Source: an uncultured Christensenellaceae bacterium (lineage in GTDB: Bacteria > Bacillota > Clostridia > Christensenellales > SZUA-584). From it: DNA of 64,000 nt. The position numbers were made by a program, and so were the translations under genes. Where the stretch lies: positions 37,305 to 101,304 of the forward strand of contig CAZPHS010000004.1 in the NCBI GenBank assembly GCA_964586785.1, given 5' to 3'. The notes beneath the pieces were generated by a model. The model did no database searches. It was not told the DNA's origin and worked only from the letters and a program-made list of their open reading frames with translations. Positions 10,446 to 20,137 of the stretch are shown here, piece after piece. Within the stretch, counting starts at the first letter, position 1; each line of letters opens with the position of its first letter.

Positions 10446-11483
10446 ATGGAACGTTTGTTAATCGCCGCGGCAATATCAACAGTTTTATCATTAGCGTTAA
10501 CGCCTATTATGATATTGGTGTCGCGCAAATTTAAAATACTTGATTATCCCAATAAACGCAAGATGCACACTTCTCCCATACCGCTTATGGGCGGCATGGC
10601 CATATACCTGTCGGCCATAGCGGCTACTGTTTTGTATATTGTATTTTTTGTGGAAGGTTTAAAAACGAATATAGTTATCGCGTTTGTAATAGGCATTTCC
10701 GGCGTTGCTCTTATGGGGCTGATTGACGACATACTTTTTTTAAGCGCAAAACGCAGGTTGGCTACGCTGTTCATACTCGCGGCTATAGTGCTTGTCGGCT
10801 GCCTGCAGTTCTATTTTCCCGTCCGGCTTATGCAAACCAACGCCGTTACAACGCTGCTTATATCTTTGGCGGTTATTTTTTGGATTGTGGCCATAACCAA
10901 CGCTATAAACCTCTCCGACGGGCTTGACGGTCTGGCGGGCTGCCTTACGCTTATATCGGCGGCGGCTTTCGCCGCGGTATTTTATTTTCAGGGACGCACG
11001 CAGCTGGCATTGCCGACGGCTCTCGCGCTGTGCGGCGCCATACTGGGATTTTTGGTTTACAACATAAGCCCCGCGAAAATTTACATGGGAGACGCGGGCA
11101 GCATGTTTATAGGCTTTATGCTCGGCATAATGACCATAATGAGCATGTCGCAAAAAAATGTTATAGAAGTCGTTGTGCCTATTTATATTATGATTGTGCC
11201 TATAACAGACCTTTCAACGGCGGTGCTGCGCCGTATTTTGCTTAAGAAACCCATAATGCAGGCGGATAAGCATCATCTGCACCACAGATTAATCAAGAGG
11301 CTGAAAAGCCAGAGGCTTACGGTATTAATACTATCGGCGTTCCAGCTTGCAGCGGCTTTTGCCGGCATTATGGTTTATATTACCGAAAGCTTTTTGTTAG
11401 GCTGGATTGGGCTTGGAGTTATAGGCGCGGCGTGCGCGGTAAGCACAATATTCCGCGCGCGGGCTATACGGAAGGAAGCTTAG
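10446..11483 (+). CDS. MraY/WecA-family (GT4) undecaprenyl-phosphate HexNAc-1-phosphate transferase
   Basis: Polytopic membrane protein with NAINLSDGLDGLAG and YMGDAGSMFIGF motifs. Confidence 0.8.
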   Translation: MERLLIAAAISTVLSLALTPIMILVSRKFKILDYPNKRKMHTSPIPLMGGMAIYLSAIAATVLYIVFFVEGLKTNIVIAFVIGISGVALMGLIDDILFLSAKRRLATLFILAAIVLVGCLQFYFPVRLMQTNAVTTLLISLAVIFWIVAITNAINLSDGLDGLAGCLTLISAAAFAAVFYFQGRTQLALPTALALCGAILGFLVYNISPAKIYMGDAGSMFIGFMLGIMTIMSMSQKNVIEVVVPIYIMIVPITDLSTAVLRRILLKKPIMQADKHHLHHRLIKRLKSQRLTVLILSAFQLAAAFAGIMVYITESFLLGWIGLGVIGAACAVSTIFRARAIRKEA

Positions 11484-11548
11484 TGTTCGCACCAAATCCT
11501 AAGTGTGCGGCGCGAAATTATGAAAAGCCAAACCGCCAGGCGATAAAA

Positions 11549-11568
11549 AAGGACGCTTTCACGTCCTT
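11549..11568. terminator. bidirectional-type hairpin between convergent genes
   Basis: AAGGACG-ctttca-CGTCCTT flanked by an A run and TTAT. Confidence 0.5.
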
Positions 11569-11584
11569 ATAAGTTATAAATTTA

Positions 11585-12331
11585 TTAATACTGCATAGGC
11601 ATGTTTGCGGCGCGAAGCACCCATTTTTGATGTTCCTTGTCCACAAAACCTAATGCATCCGAAGTGCTGTTATAAAAGTAAAGGCACGTGTGCTCGTCCT
11701 CGCCATGGGGATACCCGAATAAAGACGCGGCGTATTTAACGCCCCCCACCGTTACGAACACGGAGCGTTTTTCCCAATTTGGCTCGCCTCCGAAACATTC
11801 AAGGAATGTGCCGTAAGCCGCTTGGTCAACGGGCTTTATATCCGCATGGCCTTTCCCGCCCACTCGCTTAACCTCGAAGCTCTTGCCCGAATTGTAATCG
11901 GTAACCGTCGCCGCGGCGCCCTCCGGAAATATATCGTTTATCGTATTCCAGTCTGAAAGCTGCCCGAATCCGCTTGGAATGCCTACCGGCGGCGGGCCTG
12001 ATTTTACAGTAACGCTTGTGGCGAGAGGTTTGCGCACAACATTGCTGGAAAACAGCTTATCGTAAGTTAAAGCGCCAAGCTGCCCGTCGGCGTCAAGCTC
12101 GTTATATTCCTGAAAACTGCGCACCGCGCTTACTGTTTTGGAAAGATACTCTCCGGTTGCCCGATAGTTGATATAGCCTAAGTCCCTCAAACGCATCTGT
12201 ATCATAAACACCGTCGTACCCTGGCTTTCGAGCTTAAGCGTCTCAAAATCATCGGGCGCGCCTAACGCCGCCGGCGCGCACAGCAAGAATATAAGAATCG
12301 TTATTACAACTGTGAGAACGAGTTTTTTCAT
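11585..12331 (-). CDS. secreted peptidoglycan-binding-domain protein
   Basis: Signal peptide MKKLVLTVVITILIFLLCAPAALG and a PG_binding_1-like segment (MIQMRLRDLGY...AVRSFQEYNELDADGQLG). The C-terminal half is unassigned. Confidence 0.55.
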   Translation of the reverse strand: MKKLVLTVVITILIFLLCAPAALGAPDDFETLKLESQGTTVFMIQMRLRDLGYINYRATGEYLSKTVSAVRSFQEYNELDADGQLGALTYDKLFSSNVVRKPLATSVTVKSGPPPVGIPSGFGQLSDWNTINDIFPEGAAATVTDYNSGKSFEVKRVGGKGHADIKPVDQAAYGTFLECFGGEPNWEKRSVFVTVGGVKYAASLFGYPHGEDEHTCLYFYNSTSDALGFVDKEHQKWVLRAANMPMQY

Positions 12332-12438
12332 ATCGGCTCTCCCGTAAAATATGCTGAATTTGTATTTATAATACCATAGCCCCGGCTTTTAAGACAAGCC
12401 TTAAACAATTTGTATTGCCTTGCGCCCAATAATACGGC

Positions 12439-13482
12439 TTATTTGACCCATTCCGGCTTGCTACAAGAGAACGCATAACTTGTTTGATGCCGCGCACACC
12501 CTCCCGTTTCAAGCACCGCGTTATCGCCAAACTGCGGCTTATTAACCGAATCGGGAGCATACTGCGTTTCAAGGCAAAACGCGAGGCGGCGGGCTGATTT
12601 GCGCCCCCCTTTTAAAACCAGCTTATCGTTAAGATAATTGCCCGAATAAAACTGTATGCCCGGCCTGTCCGTATACACGCTCATGCATATGCCTGTTTTT
12701 TCGCAGTACGCCTGCGCCGCCACTTTTGCTCCATTAAGAAAATAATGATGGTCGTAGCCCCCCGTGTAAAGCAGCTGTTCGTGTTTTGCGTCTATATCGG
12801 CGCCTATCCTCTTTCCGTCCCTAAAATCAAACGGGGTTCCCGAAACATCCATAATATCGCCGCTGACGCTGCCGAATTTATCAACGGGCGCTATCGCTCC
12901 GGCGTTTATAATAAGATAATGGTCGAGAATTAAACCGCCGTCCCGCCCTCCAAGGTTAAAATACGAATGATTGGTAAGGTTTAAAACGGTTGTTTTATCG
13001 CACATGCCGCAATAGTTTATACGCAGCGCGTCTTTATCAAGCGTATACTCAACGCTCACTATAACATTTCCGGGATATCCTTGGTCCATATCGGGGCTGA
13101 AAAGCGCCAGCCTGACGCTGTTCTCCGACGTTTTTACGGCACTCCAAAGCCGCTTGTCAAAACCCGAAAGCCCGCCGTGCAGATGGTTTATGCCGTCGTT
13201 GCAGTCAAGGCGGTATTCCCTGCCCTCTAACTCAAAAATGCCGCGAACGATACGATTGGCGTATCTTCCAACCGTAACTCCTATATATGACGGGTTTTTT
13301 TCGTATTCGGGCAAAGTGTCAAAACCAAGCACAATATCCGTGGGACGGCCGTTTTTATCGGGCACAATAAGCGACACGAGCGCCGCGCCGAAATCGGTAA
13401 TTACCGCCTTAACGCCGCTGTCGTTTTTAATTGTGTAAAGATATGCGGTTTTTCCGCCGGCGCAAACTCCGAATTCCTTCAT
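12439..13482 (-). CDS. galM: aldose 1-epimerase (galactose mutarotase)
   Basis: 347 aa with NHLHGG and TNHSYFNL motifs. RBS AAGGGGA. Confidence 0.85.
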   Translation of the reverse strand: MKEFGVCAGGKTAYLYTIKNDSGVKAVITDFGAALVSLIVPDKNGRPTDIVLGFDTLPEYEKNPSYIGVTVGRYANRIVRGIFELEGREYRLDCNDGINHLHGGLSGFDKRLWSAVKTSENSVRLALFSPDMDQGYPGNVIVSVEYTLDKDALRINYCGMCDKTTVLNLTNHSYFNLGGRDGGLILDHYLIINAGAIAPVDKFGSVSGDIMDVSGTPFDFRDGKRIGADIDAKHEQLLYTGGYDHHYFLNGAKVAAQAYCEKTGICMSVYTDRPGIQFYSGNYLNDKLVLKGGRKSARRLAFCLETQYAPDSVNKPQFGDNAVLETGGCARHQTSYAFSCSKPEWVK

Positions 13483-13603
13483 GGCGATTCCCCTTGTTTT
13501 TCTTTATATATAAATTACATTGTTTAATACGTTTTGTAAATGAGAAAAACGCGCATTATCATTTGAGCCGGTGAATATGTATTTTAAGAAAAGGGGGTTG
13601 CTT

Positions 13604-14275
13604 ATGACACACGACATGCTTATAAGCCTGCACGATACGGAGGATGAGCTGTTTTTCGGCAAAACAAAAGTACTGAAATTTTCTCTGCAATATCCTTTGT
13701 TTTCTTCCGCGCGGTTTGGCAAAGCGGCAAACGCTTTAAACGGCTGCCATAAAAACAGGGCTGATATCTGCCGCCGCCAGATTAGGCAGGCGCTGTATAT
13801 AAGGGCGGTACGAGACCTTAAGAACTCAAGCGGCGATGTGCCTTTCCGCCCTTACGAGGCCGTTATAACATGCACGGTAACTTACAATCAGTGTTGCTTC
13901 GTATCCCTTTATTTTGATACATACCGATACATGGGCGGCGCGCACGGCTCAACTTTGCGCAGCAGCGAAACGTGGGATTTAAACAACGTTCGGCGGGTGG
14001 CTATGGCGCGCTTTTTCCCGCCGGCCGCGCCATACAAAACAATAATCATAGGCAAAATAGCCGCGCAGATAATGTCTTCCATAGAGAAGGGAAGCGGCGC
14101 GTATTTTGACGATTACGAGGCAAACGCGGCGCGCTGTCTTAACACAAGCAACTTCTTCCTTGTGCCGGAAGGGCTTAAGGTCTACTACCAGCAATACCAG
14201 TTGGCTCCGTATTCGGGCGGCATACCGGAGTTTCTTATCCCTTTTTCGGATGATATGCAAAGCCCTTGCCTATAA
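13604..14275 (+). CDS. DUF3298/DUF4163-type protein
   Basis: YRYMGGAHG motif typical of DUF3298. ATG at 13604 preferred (AAAAGGGGG upstream). Confidence 0.55.
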   Translation: MTHDMLISLHDTEDELFFGKTKVLKFSLQYPLFSSARFGKAANALNGCHKNRADICRRQIRQALYIRAVRDLKNSSGDVPFRPYEAVITCTVTYNQCCFVSLYFDTYRYMGGAHGSTLRSSETWDLNNVRRVAMARFFPPAAPYKTIIIGKIAAQIMSSIEKGSGAYFDDYEANAARCLNTSNFFLVPEGLKVYYQQYQLAPYSGGIPEFLIPFSDDMQSPCL

Positions 14276-14287
14276 CCTTTGGGCTGT

Positions 14288-14773
14288 TTAATAAAAACCG
14301 GTATAGGCGAAAAGCTCCTCGTCGGTGAATATGCCCTTTATCCGCCAGAAATCCCCGTCCCGTCCTATAGCGAGCACCGCCGTATATTCTCCTTCGGGAC
14401 CTGCCGACGATTCCGTATATACCGTAAGTGAATACAGAAAAAGCCCGTCGTCCGTTTCGTTTATATCGAACACTCTATAGCCGCTTACCCAAGGGCTTGA
14501 CACTCCCGTGACCCAGTTGGGCGCGGATTTTTGCAGCGATTTTGCGTATTGCTTTTTAAGCGGGCTGTCCATCACGCTGTACTGCATCGCCGCGCTGCGC
14601 TCCATAAGCCCTTTTGCCCATACGTTTGCCGCTTCGTCGCGGCCGCATACTCCTACGTATTCCATCGCCTCTTGAAAAAGCTTAAGCCTTAATTCCGATT
14701 CCCTATCGTAAGCATTAGCCGCGCATCCGCCCGCGAGCACAAGAGCCATCACAAAGATTATACACTTTTTCAT
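14288..14773 (-). CDS. putative lipoprotein
   Basis: MKKCIIFVMALVLAGGC lipobox-type signal. Internal Met chosen over the listed start at 14827. Confidence 0.5.
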   Translation of the reverse strand: MKKCIIFVMALVLAGGCAANAYDRESELRLKLFQEAMEYVGVCGRDEAANVWAKGLMERSAAMQYSVMDSPLKKQYAKSLQKSAPNWVTGVSSPWVSGYRVFDINETDDGLFLYSLTVYTESSAGPEGEYTAVLAIGRDGDFWRIKGIFTDEELFAYTGFY

Positions 14774-14930
14774 GCGCTCCACCCCCATTTTAATTGATAT
14801 GCGCACAAAAGCGCCGGAATACGGCATTAAAAACTTTTGGGCGGCAAATATATATGCGTTTTATGAGACAATATTAATTGTGCGACACCAAAACTTTTAG
14901 GTATTCATAAAATATCTTCGGGGGGCTTAA

Positions 14931-15176
14931 ATGGGAGACATAATTGACAGTGAAAATTTGGCCTTGCTGATTCCGCTGTTTGCAATATATACAAAAAGGT
15001 CAATAAACGACCCCGCAAAGGCGTCTGTAATCGGGGAATGGGTTTCCGCGTTCGGAGATACTTTGTCCGCCATGGCCGATACCGACACATTCATACGGCA
15101 AAAAGAAGAGGAAAAAAAGAAAATAATAAAGGAAATAGACGAGCTGCAAAAAAAGCTGGCCGAACTGAATAAATAA
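14931..15176 (+). CDS. small hypothetical protein with Lys/Glu-rich C-terminal helix
   Basis: 81-aa ORF with a G-rich RBS and a tail QKEEEKKKIIKEIDELQKKLAELNK. No family recognised. Confidence 0.3.
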   Translation: MGDIIDSENLALLIPLFAIYTKRSINDPAKASVIGEWVSAFGDTLSAMADTDTFIRQKEEEKKKIIKEIDELQKKLAELNK

Positions 15177-15238
15177 TATTAAGCTAACGGCAAGTCAGAT
15201 TATCCCGCCTGTAAGAATATTAGTAATGTGTTTTAATA

Positions 15239-15267
15239 TTGACATAGGTGTATTGCTTTGGTATTAT
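15239..15267 (+). promoter_or_regulatory. sigma-A-type promoter for the vanZ-like gene
   Basis: TTGACA - 17 nt - TATTAT. Confidence 0.5.
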
Positions 15268-15334
15268 ACGCCTGTGTTTGGGTGTCAATGGGAGGAAGGT
15301 TTATAAGTATAACAACTAAATTCCAGGAGTCAAT

Positions 15335-15830
15335 ATGAGAAAATTTATTAATATATTTATAAAAGTCAGCCTTGTTGTATACATAGCATTTATTATTTAC
15401 GCTATGTTTATTAAAAGCAGAGGACACTGGAGCGATATGCCTTTAAAAGATTATCTGCTGTTTCAGTCTAATTTTATTCCATTTAAAACAATCATATTTT
15501 ACATAAACTCAATTTTTGACGGAAGCATTAAACCTCGATATACCTGTATTAAATATAAGCGCCAACCTTTTGATGTTTCTGCCGGCGGGTATATATTTGC
15601 CCTATTATGTGAAACGGATTAAAACATTAAAGAGCTGCGCGGCAACGATGCTTATTATATTGATCTTTATAGAACTGATTCAATTCTTAACAAGAAGAGG
15701 AAGCTTTGATATTGATGATTTAATACTTAATATGTTGGGTGTCGTTATAGGCTATATGATATGGAAAATTAAATTTGTTCAAAGGCTGTTAAAAGGCGAT
15801 ATCACCGCCAACGAACAGCCTTCAACATAA
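15335..15830 (+). pseudogene. VanZ-like membrane protein split by a frameshift
   Basis: ORF 15335..15622 carries the N-terminal TM and the NFIPF motif. ORF 15516..15830, in another frame, carries NLLMFLPAG and GSFDIDDLILNMLGVVIGY. The frames overlap around a T5 run at about 15513-15517. Confidence 0.55.
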
Positions 15831-15909
15831 GTGAATATAAAGATTTGTTTAATGTGCCAACGACGCTTGCGGGCTTGCCAAGTCCCCCGCTTGCCATACT
15901 AATAGCAAG

Positions 15910-18123
15910 CTAATATCTGCGCGTGTTCGCGCCGCCGCAGCCGGAGCACCCCGCGCAGCCGCCGTGCCTTCCGCGCCGTTTTTCCGCGGGTATATTAAAC
16001 CCGCCTCCCAAAATGCTTGGTTTGCGTCGCTTTATAACCGCCAGTATAACAAACAATATTACCGCCGCCGCCATTATGTAAACCATAGGGTTGCCCGCGA
16101 GCGAAACGGCATGTCCTTCGTCCGCGGCGCCGGCAAATATAAACTGCACCCGCTCCGCGTCCGCGAAAAGCAGACTGCCCGCCTGATTAACAAGAAGCGC
16201 CATAAAATACGCAAGCCCCGTCTGATACAAAACCGCGAAAAGCGTCCACTTTACGCTGCCCATCTCACGCCTTGTCGCTCCTATAGCCGCAATACACGGC
16301 GCGGCAAGAAGCGTGAATATCATAAACGCGTAAGCGCTTACAGGCGTAAAGAATATGCCCGCCGGCTCCAAAACGGCAAAAACCGACACAACCATCTCTT
16401 TCGCCGCCATGCCCGATATGGATGCCACGGCATACGGCCACCGCCCGAAGCCGAGCGGGCTGAACACGGGCGCTATTAGCCGCCCGAAACCGGCGAGCAT
16501 ACTCTGCCCGATGCCGTCTTCACCCAAGTATTCCAAAGAGAAAGAGAATGATTTAAAGAACCAAATAACGGCGCTGGCGGCGAATATAACCGTTCCCGCT
16601 TTAATAATAAACGACTTTGTTTTATCCCACACGTTTTTCGCCGTGCCGCTTATACGCGGCAGCCTGTAATCCGGCAGCTCCATAACAAAAGGAGCGTTTT
16701 TGCCCGCAAAAGGCTTTGTACGCTTAAGTATAAGTCCGGAGATTATAACCATCGCTATTCCCACAAGATACATGGAAGGCCCAACCCACGACGCGTCGGA
16801 GAAAATAAAGCCCGTAAACATTGCAAACACGGGAAGCTTCGCTCCGCACGGTATAAACGGCGTCAGCATAACGGTCATCCTTCTGTCGCTTTCGCTCTCT
16901 ATTGTGCGCGAAGCCATAATCCCCGGAACCGTACATCCGGTTCCTATAAGCATCGGTATAAACGATTTGCCCGAAAGCCCGAAACGGCGGAATATCCGGT
17001 CCATAATAAAAGCGACCCGCGCCATATATCCGCTGTCTTCAAGTATAGAGAGAAAAAAGTACAACACAATAAGCTGCGGCACAAAAACAAGCACCGCGCC
17101 CACGCCGCTTATTATGCCGCCGGATATAAGGCTTACAGCCCATATCGGGGCGCCCCATGCCAAAAGCAGCGTTTCCGCGCCCGCGGAAAGCCATTCTATT
17201 ATCTCCTCCATCCAGCCTGTTGTGATATCGCCCGCAATCTGAATAGAAAAATAATATACGCCCCACATTATTACAAAGAACAAAGGCAGCGCAAGAACGC
17301 GGTTTGTCATAATCTTGTCTATTTTCTCGGAGACGGAGGTTTTAGGGCACGCCTTCTTATGTATTCCGCAGAGCAGCCGCGCTATTTGCTCATACCTGTC
17401 ATTTATTATTATGCTTTCCGAATCGTCGTCATATTTTTCTTCCGCCGCCTTAATTGCGCGCTCTATGCATTCGCGGATTTCGGGCGGCACGTTCTTGTAT
17501 ATATCGGCGTCGCGCTCAAACAGCTTTACCGACAGCCAGCGAGGCTCGTATTTATCAAACGGTTCGACGCCTTTTATTATACGGTATATACCATCAAGAG
17601 CCCGCTCTATATCCCGGGAAAAGGGCAAAGGCTTTGGTTTTCCCGGCGTTTCGGTTATTTTTTTAACAAGCGTTTCAAGCCCTTTTAAAGAAACGGCCGA
17701 TATAGGCACCACGGTACAACGTAAAGCCTTCTCCAATACGCAAATGTCAATCTCATCCCCGCGTTTTTGCACCACGTCCATCATGTTAAGCGCAACCACG
17801 ACGGGTATTCCAAGCTCTATTATCTGCGTCGTCAGATAAAGGTTCCTCTCCAGATTCGACGCGTCCACAATACTTATAATAATATCCGGTTTCTCGTTTA
17901 CTATGTAATCGCGCGCGATTGTCTCCTCAAGGGAATACGGCGATAAAGAATATATGCCCGGCAAATCAACAAGCGTGGCGTTTATCCCCTTTATTTGACC
18001 TTCCTTTTTTTCCACGGTAACTCCCGGCCAGTTGCCGACATACTGGGCGCTTGCCGTTAACGCGTTAAATAATGTTGTTTTGCCGCTGTTGGGATTTCCG
18101 GCAAGAGCTATTTTAAGTGACAT
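15910..18123 (-). CDS. feoB: ferrous iron transporter FeoB with fused Cys-rich C-terminal tail
   Basis: G domain GNPNSGKTTLFN plus a polytopic permease. Start at the MSLK Met (GGGGGAAA RBS). The last ~60 aa are an extra TM plus GGCAGCSGCGG. Confidence 0.95.
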   Translation of the reverse strand: MSLKIALAGNPNSGKTTLFNALTASAQYVGNWPGVTVEKKEGQIKGINATLVDLPGIYSLSPYSLEETIARDYIVNEKPDIIISIVDASNLERNLYLTTQIIELGIPVVVALNMMDVVQKRGDEIDICVLEKALRCTVVPISAVSLKGLETLVKKITETPGKPKPLPFSRDIERALDGIYRIIKGVEPFDKYEPRWLSVKLFERDADIYKNVPPEIRECIERAIKAAEEKYDDDSESIIINDRYEQIARLLCGIHKKACPKTSVSEKIDKIMTNRVLALPLFFVIMWGVYYFSIQIAGDITTGWMEEIIEWLSAGAETLLLAWGAPIWAVSLISGGIISGVGAVLVFVPQLIVLYFFLSILEDSGYMARVAFIMDRIFRRFGLSGKSFIPMLIGTGCTVPGIMASRTIESESDRRMTVMLTPFIPCGAKLPVFAMFTGFIFSDASWVGPSMYLVGIAMVIISGLILKRTKPFAGKNAPFVMELPDYRLPRISGTAKNVWDKTKSFIIKAGTVIFAASAVIWFFKSFSFSLEYLGEDGIGQSMLAGFGRLIAPVFSPLGFGRWPYAVASISGMAAKEMVVSVFAVLEPAGIFFTPVSAYAFMIFTLLAAPCIAAIGATRREMGSVKWTLFAVLYQTGLAYFMALLVNQAGSLLFADAERVQFIFAGAADEGHAVSLAGNPMVYIMAAAVILFVILAVIKRRKPSILGGGFNIPAEKRRGRHGGCAGCSGCGGANTRRY

Positions 18124-18143
18124 AAAGTATTTCCCCCGCAAGT

Positions 18144-18158
18144 GTTAGCCTCGGCTAA
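18144..18158. promoter_or_regulatory. palindromic operator-like site, copy 1 (feoA-feoB spacer)
   Basis: GTTAGCCTCGGCTAA, an exact copy of the site upstream of feoA. Confidence 0.5.
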
Positions 18159-18176
18159 TTTATAACTCAAAAAAAA

Positions 18177-18395
18177 TTATTCGACTATAACGTTCGCGGC
18201 GTCTTCTTTTCTTATTGAAAGAGCGTATCCGCGAACCGAAACCTCTATAGGGTCTCCCAAAGGAGCAACTTTGCGCATGGAAACCACAGCGCCTCTCGTT
18301 ATGCCCATATCCATAAAGCGGCGGCGCAAAGCGCCTTTTCCGTTAAGCCTGACCACCTTTACTTGTCTCCCGCAAGGCACCTGCTTTAGCGTCAT
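18177..18395 (-). CDS. feoA: FeoA family protein
   Basis: 72 aa of the SH3-like FeoA type (LKQVPCGRQVKVVRL...GITRGAVV...PLGDPIEV). ATG at 18395 with a GGAGGGGG RBS. Confidence 0.85.
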   Translation of the reverse strand: MTLKQVPCGRQVKVVRLNGKGALRRRFMDMGITRGAVVSMRKVAPLGDPIEVSVRGYALSIRKEDAANVIVE

Positions 18396-18420
18396 TGTTA
18401 CCCCCTCCAAATCACATATA

Positions 18421-18436
18421 GTTAGCCTCGGCTAAC
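18421..18436. promoter_or_regulatory. palindromic operator-like site, copy 2 (at the predicted feoA transcription start)
   Basis: GTTAGCCTCGGCTAAC is a perfect inverted repeat. An extra GGCTAAC half-site lies at 18453-18459, inside the promoter spacer. Confidence 0.5.
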
Positions 18437-18442
18437 GATGTA

Positions 18443-18471
18443 AGTTTATCACGGCTAACTTTCATTGTCAA
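18443..18471 (-). promoter_or_regulatory. sigma-A-type promoter of feoAB
   Basis: Minus strand reads TTGACA - 17 nt - TAAACT. Confidence 0.5.
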
Positions 18472-19099
18472 TATATTTGCATATATTTTTTTACTTGATT
18501 TATAAACAGCTTTGTATCCGTATATATTCACATTTCATATTCCGCCCGGCTTTTTTTAGGCTTGCCGCAAAACTGCAAAACGGCGGCTTTGCGCGGGTAA
18601 TATACGGCAAGTATTTTCCGTTCGCAAGACAGAATTTTCCGCGGCTTTGCGTTATAGGGCGATTATTTAACGCCGGCCGTATTCGCCGCCGTACCAATAA
18701 TATGTTTTCACATATAATAAAACCAAGGAAATTATTTTTATGGTGGTATGATGAATTATATAAAAATGATGCCGGCGCAGCTTTTTAATTTCGGCGTGAA
18801 GCGTAAAGCCGCCGCGGTTGACGCGAAGACCGGCTGTAAAGCCGTACTGTTAACAAAAACCATACTAGACACGGCAAGCATAATGCGGCCGCCCGCAAAA
18901 AGCGCGGCCGGAACAAACAGCCCGCCGCAGCGGGTTGCCGCCGACGCCGCCGCCGAATGCTCCGCGCCGTTGGCTAACCTTGCCGGACAAAGCCGGCCGC
19001 CCGCGATAAGATGCCCTCAACGCCGCTGTGTATGCGGCTTTACGCGCTGCGGGGCAACGCGTAATTTTACAAATTGCAGACGGCGTTAGTACCATATTG

Positions 19100-19945
19100 T
19101 TATCGCCTGCCGAGCGTTTTTATCAGCCTTGGCAGCTGCGGCTCGAAACATAAACCGAAACGCAAATCGGTGCCGGCTTTATTTGTGCGGCGTATGCTGC
19201 CTGCCGTAAAATCCGCCGCCGTGCGCACAGCCTTTTTTATGCCAAAGCCGCTCAGCGCCGCGGCAACAAGGGCGCTTGAGAAAACGTCTCCCGCCCCGTG
19301 ATAAAGCCCCGGCATATGCTTGGAAAAAGCGTATGAGATAGAGCCGCTTTGTTTGTCATAAGCGGCGGCTCCCATATGTTTATCGTCAAAACCGGTTCCC
19401 GTCAAAACAACATAGCGCGGACCTAGCTTTGCAAGCCGCAAAAGCAGACTTTCCACATATTCTTGAGTGTGCGGCCACCGTTTATACGGCTCGTCAAGCA
19501 AAAGCGCCGCCTCTGTGATATTAGGCACAATCATATCCGCGCGGGCGCAAAGCCCTCTCATGCCTTCCGGGAAATCCTTGGGCATCGTTTGATATAAAGC
19601 CCCGTTATCCGCCATAACCGGGTCTACAACAACAAGAGCGTCTTCCCGTCCAAGAAGCTTTATAACCCGCGCCGCTATATCAAGCTGCTTAAAAGAACCC
19701 AAAAAGCCGGTATATATCGCGTCGAATTTTATCGGCAGGGTTGATAAGTGCGTCGCTATAGGCAATAAATCGTCCGTTAAGTCGCGGTAGGTAAACCCGG
19801 CAAACCCACCCGTATGCGTTGAAAGAACGGCGGTGGGAATTACGCAAACCTCAATTCCCGCCGCGGATATAATAGGCATCGCCGCCGTAAGCGAGCATTT
19901 GCCGAAGCAGGATATATCGTGTATAGCGGCTATCCTTTTTTGCAT
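19100..19945 (-). CDS. pdxK: pyridoxal/pyridoxamine kinase
   Basis: 281-aa ribokinase-like PdxK/PdxY-type protein (DPVMADNG, C-terminal GAGDVFSSAL). RBS GAGGAG. Confidence 0.8.
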   Translation of the reverse strand: MQKRIAAIHDISCFGKCSLTAAMPIISAAGIEVCVIPTAVLSTHTGGFAGFTYRDLTDDLLPIATHLSTLPIKFDAIYTGFLGSFKQLDIAARVIKLLGREDALVVVDPVMADNGALYQTMPKDFPEGMRGLCARADMIVPNITEAALLLDEPYKRWPHTQEYVESLLLRLAKLGPRYVVLTGTGFDDKHMGAAAYDKQSGSISYAFSKHMPGLYHGAGDVFSSALVAAALSGFGIKKAVRTAADFTAGSIRRTNKAGTDLRFGLCFEPQLPRLIKTLGRR

Positions 19946-20137
19946 GGCGTTTCTCCTCTTTCCCTGATGTATTAATTATATAACAGAGCAATATGTATAA
20001 ACAAGTGCCGCAAAAACGCCGGTGTTCGTCAGTCAGCAATTTAAAACGCTAAAAATACTGAGTGACAAAAAGAGGACGTTACTGTATAATCAACTGCGGT
20101 ACGTATATTGTCCGGTTTTTTAAAATGGAGGTACTGG

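Noticed and set aside
11466-11481. Exact 16-mer TACGGAAGGAAGCTTA shared with 24247-24262
   Set aside because: One such match is about what chance predicts for all pairs in a 64-kb window on two strands. The flanking sequence is unrelated: one copy is the 3' end of a CDS and the other is an RBS region.
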